Source: Blastocladiella emersonii ATCC 22665 (Eukaryota; Fungi; Blastocladiomycota). Taken from it: a stretch of 64,000 nt of DNA. Where the stretch lies: assembly GCA_025594325.1 (NCBI GenBank), contig JANHCV010000004.1:682001-746000 (forward strand), in the 5' to 3' direction. This document shows positions 9,923 to 22,178 of this stretch, piece by piece (positions within the stretch are counted from its first letter, which is position 1; the number at the start of each line of letters is the position of its first letter). The translations under genes were made by a program, and so were the position numbers. The notes under the pieces were generated by a model, which ran no database searches, was not told where the DNA came from, and worked only from the letters and a program-made list of their open reading frames with translations.

Positions 9923-12900
9923 AATGTCGTGCTACACGTGGTACTTTATCACGGCCGGCGCCACCGACCTGGCGACGCTCAAGGCATCGACCGCCGTCAC
10001 GAGCACCACGCCGCGCCTCAACGTGTTCCCCGTGAGCGCGCCGACCGTCCTCGGCAAGCTGTGGATCCGGTCGCGGTCCACGACCACCAGTGACGACAAT
10101 GAGCGCGCAGGGACCGCGCTGGTCCCGTCCTCGGTACGCGCGCGCGTGCGAACGCTCGTCAGGAGAGAACCTGACCCCCCCCCCCTCGCACCCGCAGCCG
10201 TCCAAGCAGATCACCAACCTGTTCCACCAGCTCGGCGAGGAGCCCACGCTGTCGCTCGCGTCGACGGGCGCGACCACCACCATCAACAGCATGACGTACA
10301 GCAAGGACGGCAGCTACTGGATCGTCAACATGACGTCGACGCGCAGCGCCAGCGTCGTGCTGCAGGTCGAGAGCTCGCAGGTCGCCGTCATGGGGTGCGC
10401 CGTCGCACAGACCATCTTCCCGCTCTCGGTCAGCACCAGCGAGGGCGTCAAGTCCGCGAGCCCATCCCCCTCACTCCTCCTGACCGCGCTCGCCCAGTCC
10501 TCGCTGTCCGGCCTCGGCGACGTGACCCGCATCGTGCAGGACTCGTGCGCGCTCAACGAGGTCTTTCTCCGGTTTGGCACGGGCACCGCCGCCTCGGCCA
10601 TCCTGTACTCGGACACGACCCTGACCACCACCCCGACCCTCATCACGCCGACCGCGTCGAGCGTCGGGGCCATGGGCACCATGGTCTCGGTCCCCGTCGG
10701 CGCCTTTGCCCTGACCACGTCCGGCAGCCTGCTGCTGCCCAACGGCACGCTGTGGTCACCCCTAACGTCGCGGCTGCCGCCGTCGGTCACGCTCGACCGC
10801 GCCGTGGCCGCGAGCTCGTGCGACGTGATTGGCGGGCACGGCATCTCGCGCCTGAGCAACCTCGTCGCGCTGTGGTCGTCGGCGACCGCCAACGCGGGTT
10901 ACCTCGTCACGGTCGCGCCCAGCGTCACGTCGCTCACGCCGCAATTCACGTCGTCCTCGAAATACCTCGCCGAGCCCCTGTACGTGCCCGTCAAGCCCAA
11001 CCACGCGCAGTGGGACTGGGGGTACAACACGGTGCTCGACGCGGCCGTCGTCAAGCTCGACGGGATCGCCCGCGTCCACGACGTCGAGATCGACCACGGC
11101 ACCCAGCAGGTCCTCGCGCTCGTCCGCACCACGGCCGGCGTCGACCAGCTCATCGCGATCCCGGACCCGCAGTCGCTCTCGCCCGGGGCGACTGTGTCGC
11201 CAACGGTCCTCGGCGCGTTCCCCGTCTCGGGCGGCCTCGTCACGCCCCTCGACAGCCGCACCAAGTCGCCCGCGCTGCAGCTCATCTTCGGCCGCGCCAT
11301 GGCCCGCGACCTGTTCATGTTCGGCGACACGCTGCTGTACTCGGGCGACGGCGGCGCGACCCAGTTCGAGGTCTCGCTCGTCACGCGCAACCCGACCCTG
11401 ACGAGCGCCGGCCGGTCGCGGTTGGGGGCCAGCGAGACGGTCGTCCAGGTCGTCACGGTCCCGATCCCTGTTGGGGTGAGCAGTCCGCCGGGCACGGGCG
11501 CGCTCGACTTCCCGTCGCCCGCGGTGCCCGCGTCGATGCTGCCCGGCCGGTTCGCGGTGCTGACGTCCGAGAACCGCGTGTTCGTCGGGCTCGCGGGGCA
11601 GCAGGAGGCGCTCGAGATCTACAACGGCGCGCTGATCTCGTCGGGCGCGTACAAGCTCATGTTCCGGATCGACGGGTCGCTCGTCGCGGTGCAGGCGACG
11701 AGCGCGGCGCCCTTTTTCCAGCAGATCAACCTCCCCGTGCCCGACGACTTCAGCGTGGCGCAGTGGAACGTCGCGGGCCTGACGTGCCCGTACCTCGCCA
11801 TGAGCACGACGCTGCTCGACGAGTACTACGTGGACATCGGCACCGCGGCCAGCTTCCAGTCCAAGCTCGTCGTTGACAGCTCGCAGCAGGCGGTCCCGCC
11901 CGTCGTCACGTCCGGCAACGCCTCGATTGTCGGGATCGCCGTCACGGCGCGCGCCGAGGCCTACTCGCTCGACACCCGCGTCATCACCACCAACACCACG
12001 CTCGCCCCGGCCTCCGCCACGCTCCCCGGCGCCGCCGCCGCACTCGCCTACCCGCAGGTCGTCAACCTCGCGTGCCCGCCTACCCTCGCCCCGCGGTCCT
12101 CGGCCATGGTCCGCGCCATGTGCCCACCGTCCCGCCGCATCGTCGCACGGTACGCGACGCCCAGCGTCGCGGCGCCCGTCGTCGTCAACTGTACCGCCGG
12201 CGCGACGACGGGACAGGCCGCGTACACGGTGACCGTCGGCGCGGGCAAGTGGACCGACTGGGACTCGGGGAATGCGGGCGCCGCGGCGCGGTCCATGGCG
12301 TACAACTGCACGCGGTTCGGCAACCCGCTCTCGGCGTACTACGGGCAGACGTGGCAGCCCGTGCTCGACTTGTACGACGGCCCCAATTTCGTGCGCCAGG
12401 TCCAGGGCGACTTTGCGCTCATCGAGATCCTCGGCCGGAACACCTTCTCGTACAACACCACGGCCGACGACGTGCTGTGCACCAGCCCGCCGCAGTCGGC
12501 GGCCTCGATGCTCAGGAACGGCGGGACGTGGAACAAGGATGTACGTCTCCTCTCGTCTCGACTCGTCGCGGTCGCACGATGGCCGCCGCGCTCGCTCACC
12601 GCCGTGACCCGCTCGTATCTGTAGAACTACATCTCCTGCACGGACATCGACCTCGGCATGTCCAAGGCAGACGGCTCGCACTTTCCGTACGAGATCTTCA
12701 ACGCGACCAACGGCAACCGGATCCAGTGGGGCAGCAACGAGGACGCCGTGTACCTGTTCCGGGCCGTGGTCCTGGACGCGAGCGAGAGCTACTGCTACCT
12801 GACGACCGACTTCGCCGTGGCCGTGTACGGCGCCCCGCTCACGGCGGGCACCCAGGTCGGGATCGTGCTCGGGTTCATCTTTGCGGTGCTCGCCGCGCTC

Positions 12901-12954
12901 GGCGCGAGCTACTGGTGGTATCGCCAGTCCAAGGCCAAGGAGAAGACGGACTGA
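9923..12954 (+). CDS. CATSPERE: CatSper channel auxiliary subunit epsilon-like single-pass membrane protein
   Basis: Introns 10134-10197 and 12541-12624. C-terminus VLDLYDGPNFVRQVQGDFALIEILGR...WNKDNYISC...PYEIFNATNGNRIQW...VYLFRAVVLD..SYCYLTTDFAVAVYG plus a TM helix matches the CATSPERE/D C-terminal region. N-terminal CYTWYF...VPSSPSKQITNLFHQLGEEP also matches. Confidence 0.8.
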
Positions 12955-13042
12955 AGCTTTGGGATTGGAGGAGTCAATTACACTATATATATGTTTGGAA
13001 CACGCAAAAGGGGGTACAGAAACGACGAGAGAGAGAGCGCAG

Positions 13043-14608
13043 TTACACGTCCACCATCTCGACGTCCATGTTGGCGAGCCCCGCGAGCCCGCCCGCGGCG
13101 GAGTACCCGCCGATGCCGAGCATGGCGGCGGCGGCGGGGTCGATGGGCCGGGACTCGGAGTTGACGAGTTCGCGGCGGATCTCGGGCGTGATGGCGTAGT
13201 GGGTCTGGTGCTTGAGGAGCTCGAGCAGCGCGTCCTTCTGGTCAGGCGTGATGTCCTGCTTGTACCGCTGGGCGAAGACGAGCAGCGCCTGGTGCCAGAG
13301 CACGGGGAGCTGCAGGTTCGGGTCCTCGGGCTTGCGGAACCGCAGGAAGTGGAAGACGACCGCGTCCACCACCTTGTAGGGGAGCGCGTACTTCTTGTCG
13401 AGCAGGATGCGCAGGAACAGCGACGCCGACCCCGAGTACTCCATGTCGGCGAGCTTCATGAGGCACGCGGCCGAGTGCAGCACGGGGATCGACACCTTGG
13501 ACACGACGGACCCGACGATCGCCGCCTCGCGCAGCGAGCACCCGCCATCGACGAGCGGCAGCAGCACGCCCTTGAAGAAGGCGGCGGGCTTGTACAGCGA
13601 CTTCTTGAGGGCCAGGTACAGGTGGTAGTTGAGCTTGCGCGAGTTCTGGATGTCGTCGCGCACGCGCTCGAGCAGGAACAGGTTGAGGAACCGCTGCGCC
13701 ATCTTGGGGTTGAAGTTGGACACGAAGATCTTGGTCGCCTCGTACATGGCGTGCGGCGTCCACGTGTCGGGCCGCGTGATGTACAGCACCTCCTCCCAGT
13801 GCGTCAGCGTAGGGATCAGCTTGAACGCCTTGGGCAGCTTGCCCGACTTGTACCGCGACAGCAGCTTGCCCACCTTGCTGTACACCTGCACCACCTTCGG
13901 GTTCAGGAAATCGGCCAGGTCGTTGCCGCCCTCCTCGCCCGCCTCGGCCGCGCGCGCCGCACGCGCAGCGGCATCGGCCTCGTACTCGGCAATCTTCTCC
14001 GAGATGATGTCCGCCAGCGTCTGCCGCGTCGCCGGCTGCTGCGGGAAGAACTGCTCGAGCACCTGCATCTCGTTGGCGTCCACGTCCTAAACACACGCGG
14101 TTGGCGGAGGGGTCAGCTGGGCGTCGTCGGGGGTACAATGGAGACGCGCAGCCGTACGAGAATATCGTCGTTACCGCCATCCCACTCCTCCTCGTTGTCG
14201 GCGACGCCGGGAGCCGCAGACTCGTCCTCGGAATCGGACTCGAAGGCAGCGGTACCGAACACGGACGCCTTGGCGGGGCGGGCAGCCGCGGCAGAGCTAC
14301 GCGGCGCATCAGCAGCGTGAGCAAGTTTGACCTCGTGGGACAATCTACCCAATGGACGCGTACGCGGCAGCCGAAGGCGACTCGGCCTCAATCTCGCGCT
14401 GCTGCTCCTGGGCAATGTCGAGAATCTTCTTGGACATCTTCGAGTCGAGGAACTCGACCGTCTCGAACTCGTCGCCGCCGCTGCCCTGGCGCTTCTTGGA
14501 CGCGCGCTTCTTGCCGTCAACGACGCGGTCGCCCATGATCTGCTTGGCCAGCGGATCGTGCCGCTGCTTCTTGGCAGCGAACTTTGGCATCGACTTATCC
14601 TTTCCCAT
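13043..14608 (-). CDS. ENP1: Bystin / Enp1, 40S ribosome biogenesis factor
   Basis: RHDPL N-terminal motif, YKSGKLPKAFKLIP, WTPHAMYEATKIFVSN, LPVLWHQALLVFAQRYK. Two introns (14087-14157 and about 14300-14362). Confidence 0.97.
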
Positions 14609-14737
14609 GGTGTTTGCGTGTTACGTTGCAGGGTCTGGTCCGAAATCGCCACGTTCGCGACGTCGTCGTCATCGTCAGCGAGTGGCGCCCGCGGGGCACG
14701 GTGGCGGCGAGCGGGACGCGGGGGCGAGGTGGAGTTG

Positions 14738-14751
14738 ATCGCGTCACCTGA
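14738..14751. promoter_or_regulatory. Candidate E-box-like motif ATCGCGTCACCTGA in the ENP1 / F-box-like divergent promoter
   Basis: Identical 14-mer at 54495-54508 and an 11-mer core at 26104-26114; all three are intergenic, about 120-140 bp from a start codon. Confidence 0.5.
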
Positions 14752-14872
14752 TGCCACGCCATCCGTTGCGGTGGAGTTTTCTTACGCCACTTTGGCCACT
14801 TTGACGCGTCTACGGCCAGGTTGACGGCTCCTGCTGTGACGACGCAAAACCATGCAACGCGTGACATGAACC

Positions 14873-17245
14873 ATGACAAACTCGATGCATTGCGCAGAAC
14901 CACGGCTGCTCGCGCTGAGCAGCGTGCCGCCGGAACTCTTGACCTTTATGTGCCAGCTTGCGCAGCCGCGCTCCTTAGTTCCGACCGCTTCGAAGATGCT
15001 GTCGAGCACTGTCAACGATCGACCCGTCCTCGCTGCTTGGTCGCTCCATGAGATGGTGTGGCTCGTGGCGAACCGCCCGAAACGCCGTTATGGCAATCGC
15101 AATCTTATGTGGTCCTTTTCAGTTTTCGAAGTTGCAGTTGAAGTGGAGAGAGAGTGGATTAAAACGGGTGTGCCATGACACGGGTTTTATGCTTCCAACT
15201 GTTGCGAAATCCATGATGACCAAACTGGAGGAATCCGAGTCCAGAGATCCCTATTTCCGCGACGAAAAGCGGATACGCTCTCGAGCCGTGAACGACGCAC
15301 TCCTCGCCTGCTTCGTGTCGTCGATTTATGGCCCGCGACTGGTGAATCTTACTTGTGGTCAGGACGTCGAACAGCTTGCCGCGCAACTTCGCGGCGAAAT
15401 CGCCACATTCGCGAAGTCCCGACTCACTCAGCCTTTGCTCGCTGATTTCCTCGTGCTCTTATTTGCATCCGTCGCGAATCGCTACAATTCGAGCTACAAC
15501 CAGCTGCTCGCGGACATTCTCAAACACTGCCCGTCACTGCTTCAAGTATCCCGACGTGGTCGGAGTGGACGGCGAGGACCCTGCACGCACACTGGTGTTG
15601 GACTCCACCGTTGACCGAGAGCCAAGAGGCCGACGATTTGGTGATGCGTCCGCTGCGCCTGGTCGACTTTCTCGGTATTACAGCTGTTTCACGCTGGTGT
15701 TTCGCCTCGCTCGCGCCCTTGCTCGAGCTCGATGGGAGACTTGACACGGCCTCGCTCATTTCTCTTTTGCGACTTGAATCTGTTACAATTGTGCTCGTTG
15801 ATGCATTCTATTCTGATACAGCGGTCGCAGCAACCGCGATGCCGATGCTCGACTGGCTTGTCAAGAACGGCTGGACCAACACGGCGCCCGCAGAAGCGAC
15901 GGCGCTTGTGGCGCCGATTTCTGCGCTTGGACCTGCCGCGCTTTTGCACGCTCTCACGCACCACACACAACTCGTCCTTGTTGGATTTACGGCGGAAGAC
16001 TCGACTTACATCACCGAAAAGGTGGAGAAGTGGTTCTGGAAGGAACCGTTTGTTACCTCCGCCGAATTCGCCGTCGTCCTTCAACACAACTTGCTTAACA
16101 AGGATTCCTTCGATTGGCGCTACGCAGTCGCGAGGGCTTTCCAGACTTGCCCGGAAATCGTTGAACAGATCCGCGGGTTTCTCGGCAAGGCGGCCTGGCC
16201 AGACGTGGTTTGTAACGGTACATGCTATCGTGTGCATCCTGATCTCCACCTCGCCATGCTCACAATATCGGATGTAGCGCTGATCGTTTTGATTCGGGAC
16301 CAGCCCCGCGCTGAAAAAGGCAAGGAACCGCCTGAGGCACCATTCGCGTCAACCGTTCCACAGACCATCATCCGCTACGCATGCGAATCGGGTCTTCGCG
16401 ACCCCTCTAGTGTGTTTGGCCCTCATATCGGCTTGATATTCGGCTGCTGGTTTGACCGCTTGCTCAAATGCGAGCCGATCGCGGATCCCATGGACCTAGT
16501 TCAGCTTGCTTGCGACGGAATGAACAAACTCAAGTGCGAGAGCGCACCGTCGCTCAAGATCACCAGAGCCCTAGCGCAGCTTGTCGCAATCGTCCTCGCT
16601 TCTCCCGACACGCGTCCTCGCGCGCTCCGCCTGATGGCTGAATCGGGCACCTCGCTGCTCTGGGTCGAAGCCATGCTCTGGAATGCCTACGGAGTTTCGA
16701 GGTCTGCGTTTAATGGCACAGGCCTCGCCGTCTGCCCACACTGTCCGATCGGCGACCAGCCCCTGTGGCGCGACGTGTTTCATCTGATGCTGGACACGTT
16801 TCCAAACGCTCTCAACGAGGTCGGTGTAGCGTATGACCGCGTTCGCCCAGACAACAAGTTTGGCCGGAAAGGCCTTGTCATTCACTTGGCCACATTTATG
16901 GGCATGTCGGGGTCTCGCAACGCATGTTGCGCACCCGAGTCGACCAGCGACGAACCAATTCAGCGCTTGTTCGAGTCGTTTGCCCGCACGGACGCGCGCA
17001 ACGTCTACGAGTTTTTTGAGAGCGCGGCCCTGTCGAGTCCAAGATATGCTTCGCGATGGCTCAAGGGATCCTCGACCCAGTGTGTGGCCCTCACGAGCTC
17101 GTCCGCCTTGCGCGCAAGGCAATTGAAGGCCAGTGGCGCGATGATTACATGGCTGGGCTCCGGTGGGTTGCGCCGAAAACGTATGCCGATCCCGAGTTCG
17201 CTCGCCGCCTCAACCGGTATTTCTATTTTACGGGCTCATAAATAG
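14873..17245 (+). pseudogene. Lineage-specific helical protein with an F-box-like N-terminus, interrupted by two apparent frameshifts (or an unresolved gene model)
   Basis: LSSVPPELLTFMCQLAQPRSL F-box-like start. The coding-like frame switches near 15160-15165 (A run) and near 15540, then runs open for 544 aa to 17245. Codon usage is less GC-biased than the neighbouring genes. Confidence 0.55.
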
Positions 17246-17304
17246 TTGGGATTGATTGAATGAACGATGTCGTGTGAGTGTCTCTCTCTGCCTTGGTGGC
17301 CGCT

Positions 17305-17915
17305 GCGCCGCGTTTTCATGGCCGCGGCCGCGGCCGTGGCCAGGGCCAAGGTCAAGATCTTCCCAGCGTACCGATCAAACTACAAAGCATACTGCCGCTT
17401 CGCGACATTCCCGCGGACCGCTCGACTAGGTTCAGCGCAACGGTAGTTTTAACTGAGTTGCTGTCGCGTCAAGCTCCCTGCGTTGGTGGCCATCATCGCG
17501 CTGCAGCTCGATGGTGATGGCCATGGCCGCAGCCAGGGTTCTAGGCTTCGCGATGTGCTGTCTACACGACGAACTTCAAACTCGACGCGGCCCGCTCGAA
17601 TGACTTCCACGCAACGGTAGGATTGAGTGATTTGCTGATGTGTTGGTGTCTCCGCGTTGATGGCCATCGCACCGCGCTTTGAAGGCCGCTTCGCAACATT
17701 GACGCGAACTGCTCGAATGGCTTCCAAACAAAGGCATGACTGAGTGAGCTACAGTCGCGTTGGAGCCGTTGGGATGATGGGTATTGCGTCGCGCTTCAAT
17801 GGCCGCGGCCATGGCCATCGTCACCTCACGTTCCCCCGTATCGGATGAGATCCTCACCGTTTATGACATTCGCGTCCGGTTTTTCCACGACCGAGGTCAT
17901 GGCCATAGCCTTAAT
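17305..17915 (+). repeat. Degenerate array of about 5 dispersed units encoding an (A/P)RF-x-GRGHG(H/R)-like motif
   Basis: GCGCCGCGTTTTCATGGCCGCGGCC (~17305), CAGCTCGATGGTGATGGCCATGGCC (~17505), GCACCGCGCTTTGAAGGCCGC (~17668), GCGTCGCGCTTCAATGGCCGCGGCCATGGCC (~17786), CGGTTTTTCCACGACCGAGGTCATGGCC (~17877). There is no continuous ORF. Confidence 0.5.
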
Positions 17916-18163
17916 CCCGTCACACGACCAGTTCTGGCCCTGAATGCGCGATCTTCATGCCCGACCAGCGCAAATCAAGGCCGTTTCGCATCCGAGACAT
18001 GGACCACACTACAGGCTTTCACCCTCAACATCGTCGCGTTTCGTGCGCTGCCATTTTTTTAAGTAGTTGCTAGGTCAGGTCAAAACTGTATCAAAACACG
18101 ACAATCCTCGACAAAAAAAGGGGAGCTCACATCACGAGCATCCCGCGACCGCTGCCCGCCCAC

Positions 18164-19879
18164 TTAGTGCTGGGGCGGGAGCGGCGGCAGGTCCTTCTTG
18201 CCGATGGACGAGGAGCGGGGCGGGAACTGGCGCGCGTTGGCCGCGTCGAACGACGCCTTACGGGGCGGGGGTGGCGGGAGCGCGAGCGGGTCGAGCTGCG
18301 GGAGCTCGGGCGGCGCTACCGTGGCGGGAACCGTCGTCGTGGTGATGGTCGGGAGCGCGGGTGCGGCAGGCGCTGGCGCGGGTGCGGACGCGCCGAGGGA
18401 CAGGACCGACGGGTACGCGACGTCGGCGGCGCCCATGGCCGCGAGGTGGTCCGCGTACGAGCCGGACGACTCGACGGCCGCGGGCTCGTCGTCCTCGTCG
18501 TGCTCGTTCTCGTCGACGTACTCGTGCGCGTACTGCTCGAGCGCGTCGACGACGTCGGTCAGCCGGTCGATCCGGGCGGGCGCGGCGGGGTCGAGGTCGG
18601 CGGCCGAGTCGGTCGCGGGCTCCTCGCCGCCGTCGTCGTACACCTCAGGCTCGTGCGCCGCCACCTCCTGCACCACCTCCGCGACAGCGGGTGTCGCCTC
18701 GACCGCGACCGCCGCACTGACCGCATCCGCGATCCCGCCGTTCGGGCCGACACACACGGGCTCCCCATCGATCCCGTCGGCGGGGTACGTGACGACGACG
18801 GCGCGGAACGGGCAGTCGTCGGGGTTCTCCGTCTTACTCCCATCCACCCGCGGGAGAACGACGCACGCGATACGCGCGGTCTCGATCTTCTTGGGCTGGC
18901 GGCGGGAGCTGAGCCAGCGGACGGGCGGCTGCGCGGTGTGCTCGTCGAACCGCGTGTTGGGCGCGAGCCAGTCGAGGCGGTACAGCGGGTGGACGATGAA
19001 GACGCACGCAAAGGCCATGACGAGCCCGGAGACCGCGGCGCGCAGGCGGTTGATGTCGGACGGCGACATGTCCGCGTCGTTGTTCCCCGCGAGCCCGCGC
19101 GCGCCGAGCACGTCCTGGACCGCGACGGCGAGCTCGTCGCGCAGCAGACCGCGTTCGGCGGGTAGGTCCCGGTGCCCGATCCCGCGCTGCTCGCTGTACA
19201 TGAAGTCGCGGTACAGCGCCGTGGCCGCGTCGCGCGTGAGCGGCCGGCCGTCGTCGCCGCGGTGGAAGGTGTCGGCGAGCACATCGAACACGGCGCGGTG
19301 GATCTCCGCGACGACCGTCGTCCGCGCGTCGCCCGTCGACACGTCGACGGCGGGCGGCTCGGGCTGGCCGGGGAACGCGCGGACAAAGTTGGACCGGAAA
19401 TCGTCGGCGATCATGTCGGCGACACTCTGGATCCCGATCGGGTCGCGGTCCGCCAGCGGCGCGACCAGCGCCTCGGTCCGCGCCAGCGCGCTCGTCATGG
19501 CCTCGTGCACGGTGCCGCGGTTGAAGTCGATCGAGTTGAGCACGTGCGGCGGGGACTCGACGGCTGCGGCCGCGTGGTTGCCAGAGGAGGAGGGGGAAGC
19601 GGCGACCAGGGCGCCGTCATCGGCGCCGAACCCGTCGAGCGGCGGCAGACTCGCGACCTGCGCGGCCGACGGCACGCCCTTGAGCGAGTCGTCGAATTCG
19701 CCCCAGTTGGACAGCGACGGGAGCGCGCCGACGGTCGCGAGCTGCGCGCCCGCGGGTGCGGCAGCGGCGGGCGACGACGGCGCAGGGTCCACGGCGGCAA
19801 GGGGGTCAACCGCCGCCGCGGCGGCAGGAGCCTCGGTCGCCGTCGGCTTGGCCTTGAACCGGCCCAGGAACCCCTTCAT
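18164..19879 (-). CDS. Protein with a helical core and a Mieap/GIL1-IRKI/GrpE-head-like beta domain (paralogue A)
   Basis: Single-exon ORF from MKGFLGRFKAK. Motif LVMAFACVFIVHPLYRLDW...RFDEH...RIACVVLPRV...FRAVVVT. Clear paralogue at 27419-29129. Confidence 0.8.
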   Translation of the reverse strand: MKGFLGRFKAKPTATEAPAAAAAVDPLAAVDPAPSSPAAAAPAGAQLATVGALPSLSNWGEFDDSLKGVPSAAQVASLPPLDGFGADDGALVAASPSSSGNHAAAAVESPPHVLNSIDFNRGTVHEAMTSALARTEALVAPLADRDPIGIQSVADMIADDFRSNFVRAFPGQPEPPAVDVSTGDARTTVVAEIHRAVFDVLADTFHRGDDGRPLTRDAATALYRDFMYSEQRGIGHRDLPAERGLLRDELAVAVQDVLGARGLAGNNDADMSPSDINRLRAAVSGLVMAFACVFIVHPLYRLDWLAPNTRFDEHTAQPPVRWLSSRRQPKKIETARIACVVLPRVDGSKTENPDDCPFRAVVVTYPADGIDGEPVCVGPNGGIADAVSAAVAVEATPAVAEVVQEVAAHEPEVYDDGGEEPATDSAADLDPAAPARIDRLTDVVDALEQYAHEYVDENEHDEDDEPAAVESSGSYADHLAAMGAADVAYPSVLSLGASAPAPAPAAPALPTITTTTVPATVAPPELPQLDPLALPPPPPRKASFDAANARQFPPRSSSIGKKDLPPLPPQH

Positions 19880-20312
19880 GGCTGGTGCAGGATGGCGATG
19901 GTGGCGGGGCGACGGACGGGTTGCTGCAAGTGTGCGAGGCGTGCGCCGTGAGCGCGATGCATGGAGAGCGAGCGAGGGAGAGCGAGATGATGGCGGCGAG
20001 CGAACGAGACCCGCTTCAGCTTCGGCTTCTGGTGACTGCCCAGCGTTGCGGTGCCGGCGAGCGCCCCCGGCTTGGTGTTTCCGCTCGGTGGCAGCGCCAG
20101 GGACTCGGCCACGTTCTCGCGAGCGAGAGGGTTGCGGTGGTCGCTCGCGATGGTGATGGAGGAGATGATGCCGACGCGTTCGCGGCGTCGCTCGGCCTTG
20201 GCGCTGAGGGGATATAGAACACGACGATGGTGGGCTCCCAAAAATAATAATATATACTCGCGCGTCGCGCGTCGCGCCCGCGCGCACCGCACCGCAGCAG
20301 CGCGGAACACGT

Positions 20313-22178
20313 CTAGAACTCGTCGGTGCCCGGCCGGGCAAACGGGTTGAACCCGGTGCTTGCGAGGTACTGGAGCAGCTCGCCGCCGGGCCCGCGGTTG
20401 GTCGGGTCGAAGGCGCGCATGCGGATCGCCGAGTCGGAGAAGAGGAGGTCGAGCGGGAACCGCGTCTCGGCGCGGTACAGCTCGGGCGTCATGTTGCAGG
20501 GGAACCGGACCGTCATGACCACCTTGCACGTCTCGTCGACAAACTGCGGGACGCCCGGCGCGCGGCTCGCATAGAGCGTGAACTCGACCTCGGTCTGGTG
20601 CGGGCCCGACGGGTGCAGGAACTTGCGGAGCGGCGCGTTGAGGGGCAGCTCCTCGCCGATCTTGATGATCGGGTGGAACACCTTGATGCGCGCCGCGGAG
20701 CCCGTCCCCGTCACGTACTTTTCGTGGCCGGGGATCCGCCCGTAGACGGACCGCCGGTACACGGTGGCGACCTCGAGCCCGTACGAGTGGCGCGCGCGGC
20801 GGCTCGACATGATCTCCGGGTTGAGCCCGTACAGGAGGGCGCCGCGAACCACGGCGCCGGCGCCGAACGGGTCAAAGTAGATGACGAACCCGCGGGCGCG
20901 GAACTCGGCCTCGATGCGCCGCTGCATGTACGTCATCTGCGCGAACCCGCCCACGCACACCAGGTGCGTGATGGGCCGGCCGGCCTGCCGGCACTTGGCC
21001 AGCATCTCCTCGGTGACGGCCACGATGGTCGGGAACACGGTGTTGAAGCAGTCGATGATGTCTTGCCCCGTGAACCGCAGCTCCTTGGCCTTGAGGTCCA
21101 GCACATTCCCCTTGACCAGCTGCATCAGCGTCGGCTTGGCGAGCGCCGTCATGAGCCGCGGGTCGATCGGGATGCGGTACGGCACGTCCGCGTCGCCCTG
21201 GAACCCGTGCTTGATGGTCATCCACTCCTGGTGCAGGTGGTCGGCCACGACCGGGTACCGCTGCACCGTCGTGTCGAACGCGTCCTCGCCGACGAGCTTG
21301 CGGATGAACTGCACGAACGCGTCGTCAAAGTGCGTGGACCCGGCGGTGCGGCCCGCGCCGAGCGTGATCTCGGTCAGGTTGAGCCCGTGCCACGTGTTGC
21401 CCGTGTTGAGCTCGAATGCCGCCAGGTCGACGGTGCCGCCGCCCATGTCGAGGACCAGCACGCGCGCGCCGGGCTGCAGGTAGTTGCTGGTGATGGCGAC
21501 GTTGAGCAGGGCGGCCTCGGGCTCGAGGCAGAACTTGAGCTGCGGCGAGTGCTTGTCCGGGATCATGTCGGCCATGACGGCGGCCATGCGCATCGTGTCC
21601 TTGGCGCGCTCCGACCACATGGCGGGGATTGTCATGCACCAGGTGATCTTGGACCGGTCGACGCGGCTGCCCCACCCGGCCTGCGCGAGGTGCTCCTCGA
21701 TGTCGGCGAGCAGGTAGTGCAGAAAGTCGGAGATGACGTTGACGGGCAGCAGGCCGAGCCGCTGCATGTTCGGGTCGTGGTACGAGCGGTCCTCGGCGAG
21801 CAGCAGCTTGACGCGGCGGATCAGCGTGTGCGCGGACGCGTCGGCGCCCGGCGCCGCCAGCATGGCCTTGAGCGCCTCGTTGCCGCGCGCCACGGGCGAC
21901 TTGTCCGAGTCGTACAGCACCGCCGACAGCGTCTTCGGGTACGGGAAGTCGGCCGCCGGCCACGCCGTCTTGACGAGCATGTTGCTCCCAATCTCGACCA
22001 CCTGCTTGCGCTTGATGGTCTCCTCGAGGTGCACCGTCGGCAGCGCCCACCCGGAGTGCGACGTGCCAAAGTCTGTTCATTGTTGTTGACGGTGAGAAGC
22101 GGCGGTCGGTCGGCAGCAGTGCGCGCGCGCCGTACCGATGGCGACGGTGATGAGGCTCTCCACGTCCGTGGACATCAT
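20313..22178 (-). CDS. Atypical Hsp70 (HSPA12-like actin-fold ATPase) with short substrate-binding region and no lid
   Basis: Intron 22073-22135 restores VAIDFGTSHSG. Also WCMTIPAMWSERAKDTMRMAA, LEPEAA, VLDMGGGTVD, GSTHFDDAF, VGGFAQ and AVVRGALLYG. Confidence 0.92.
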
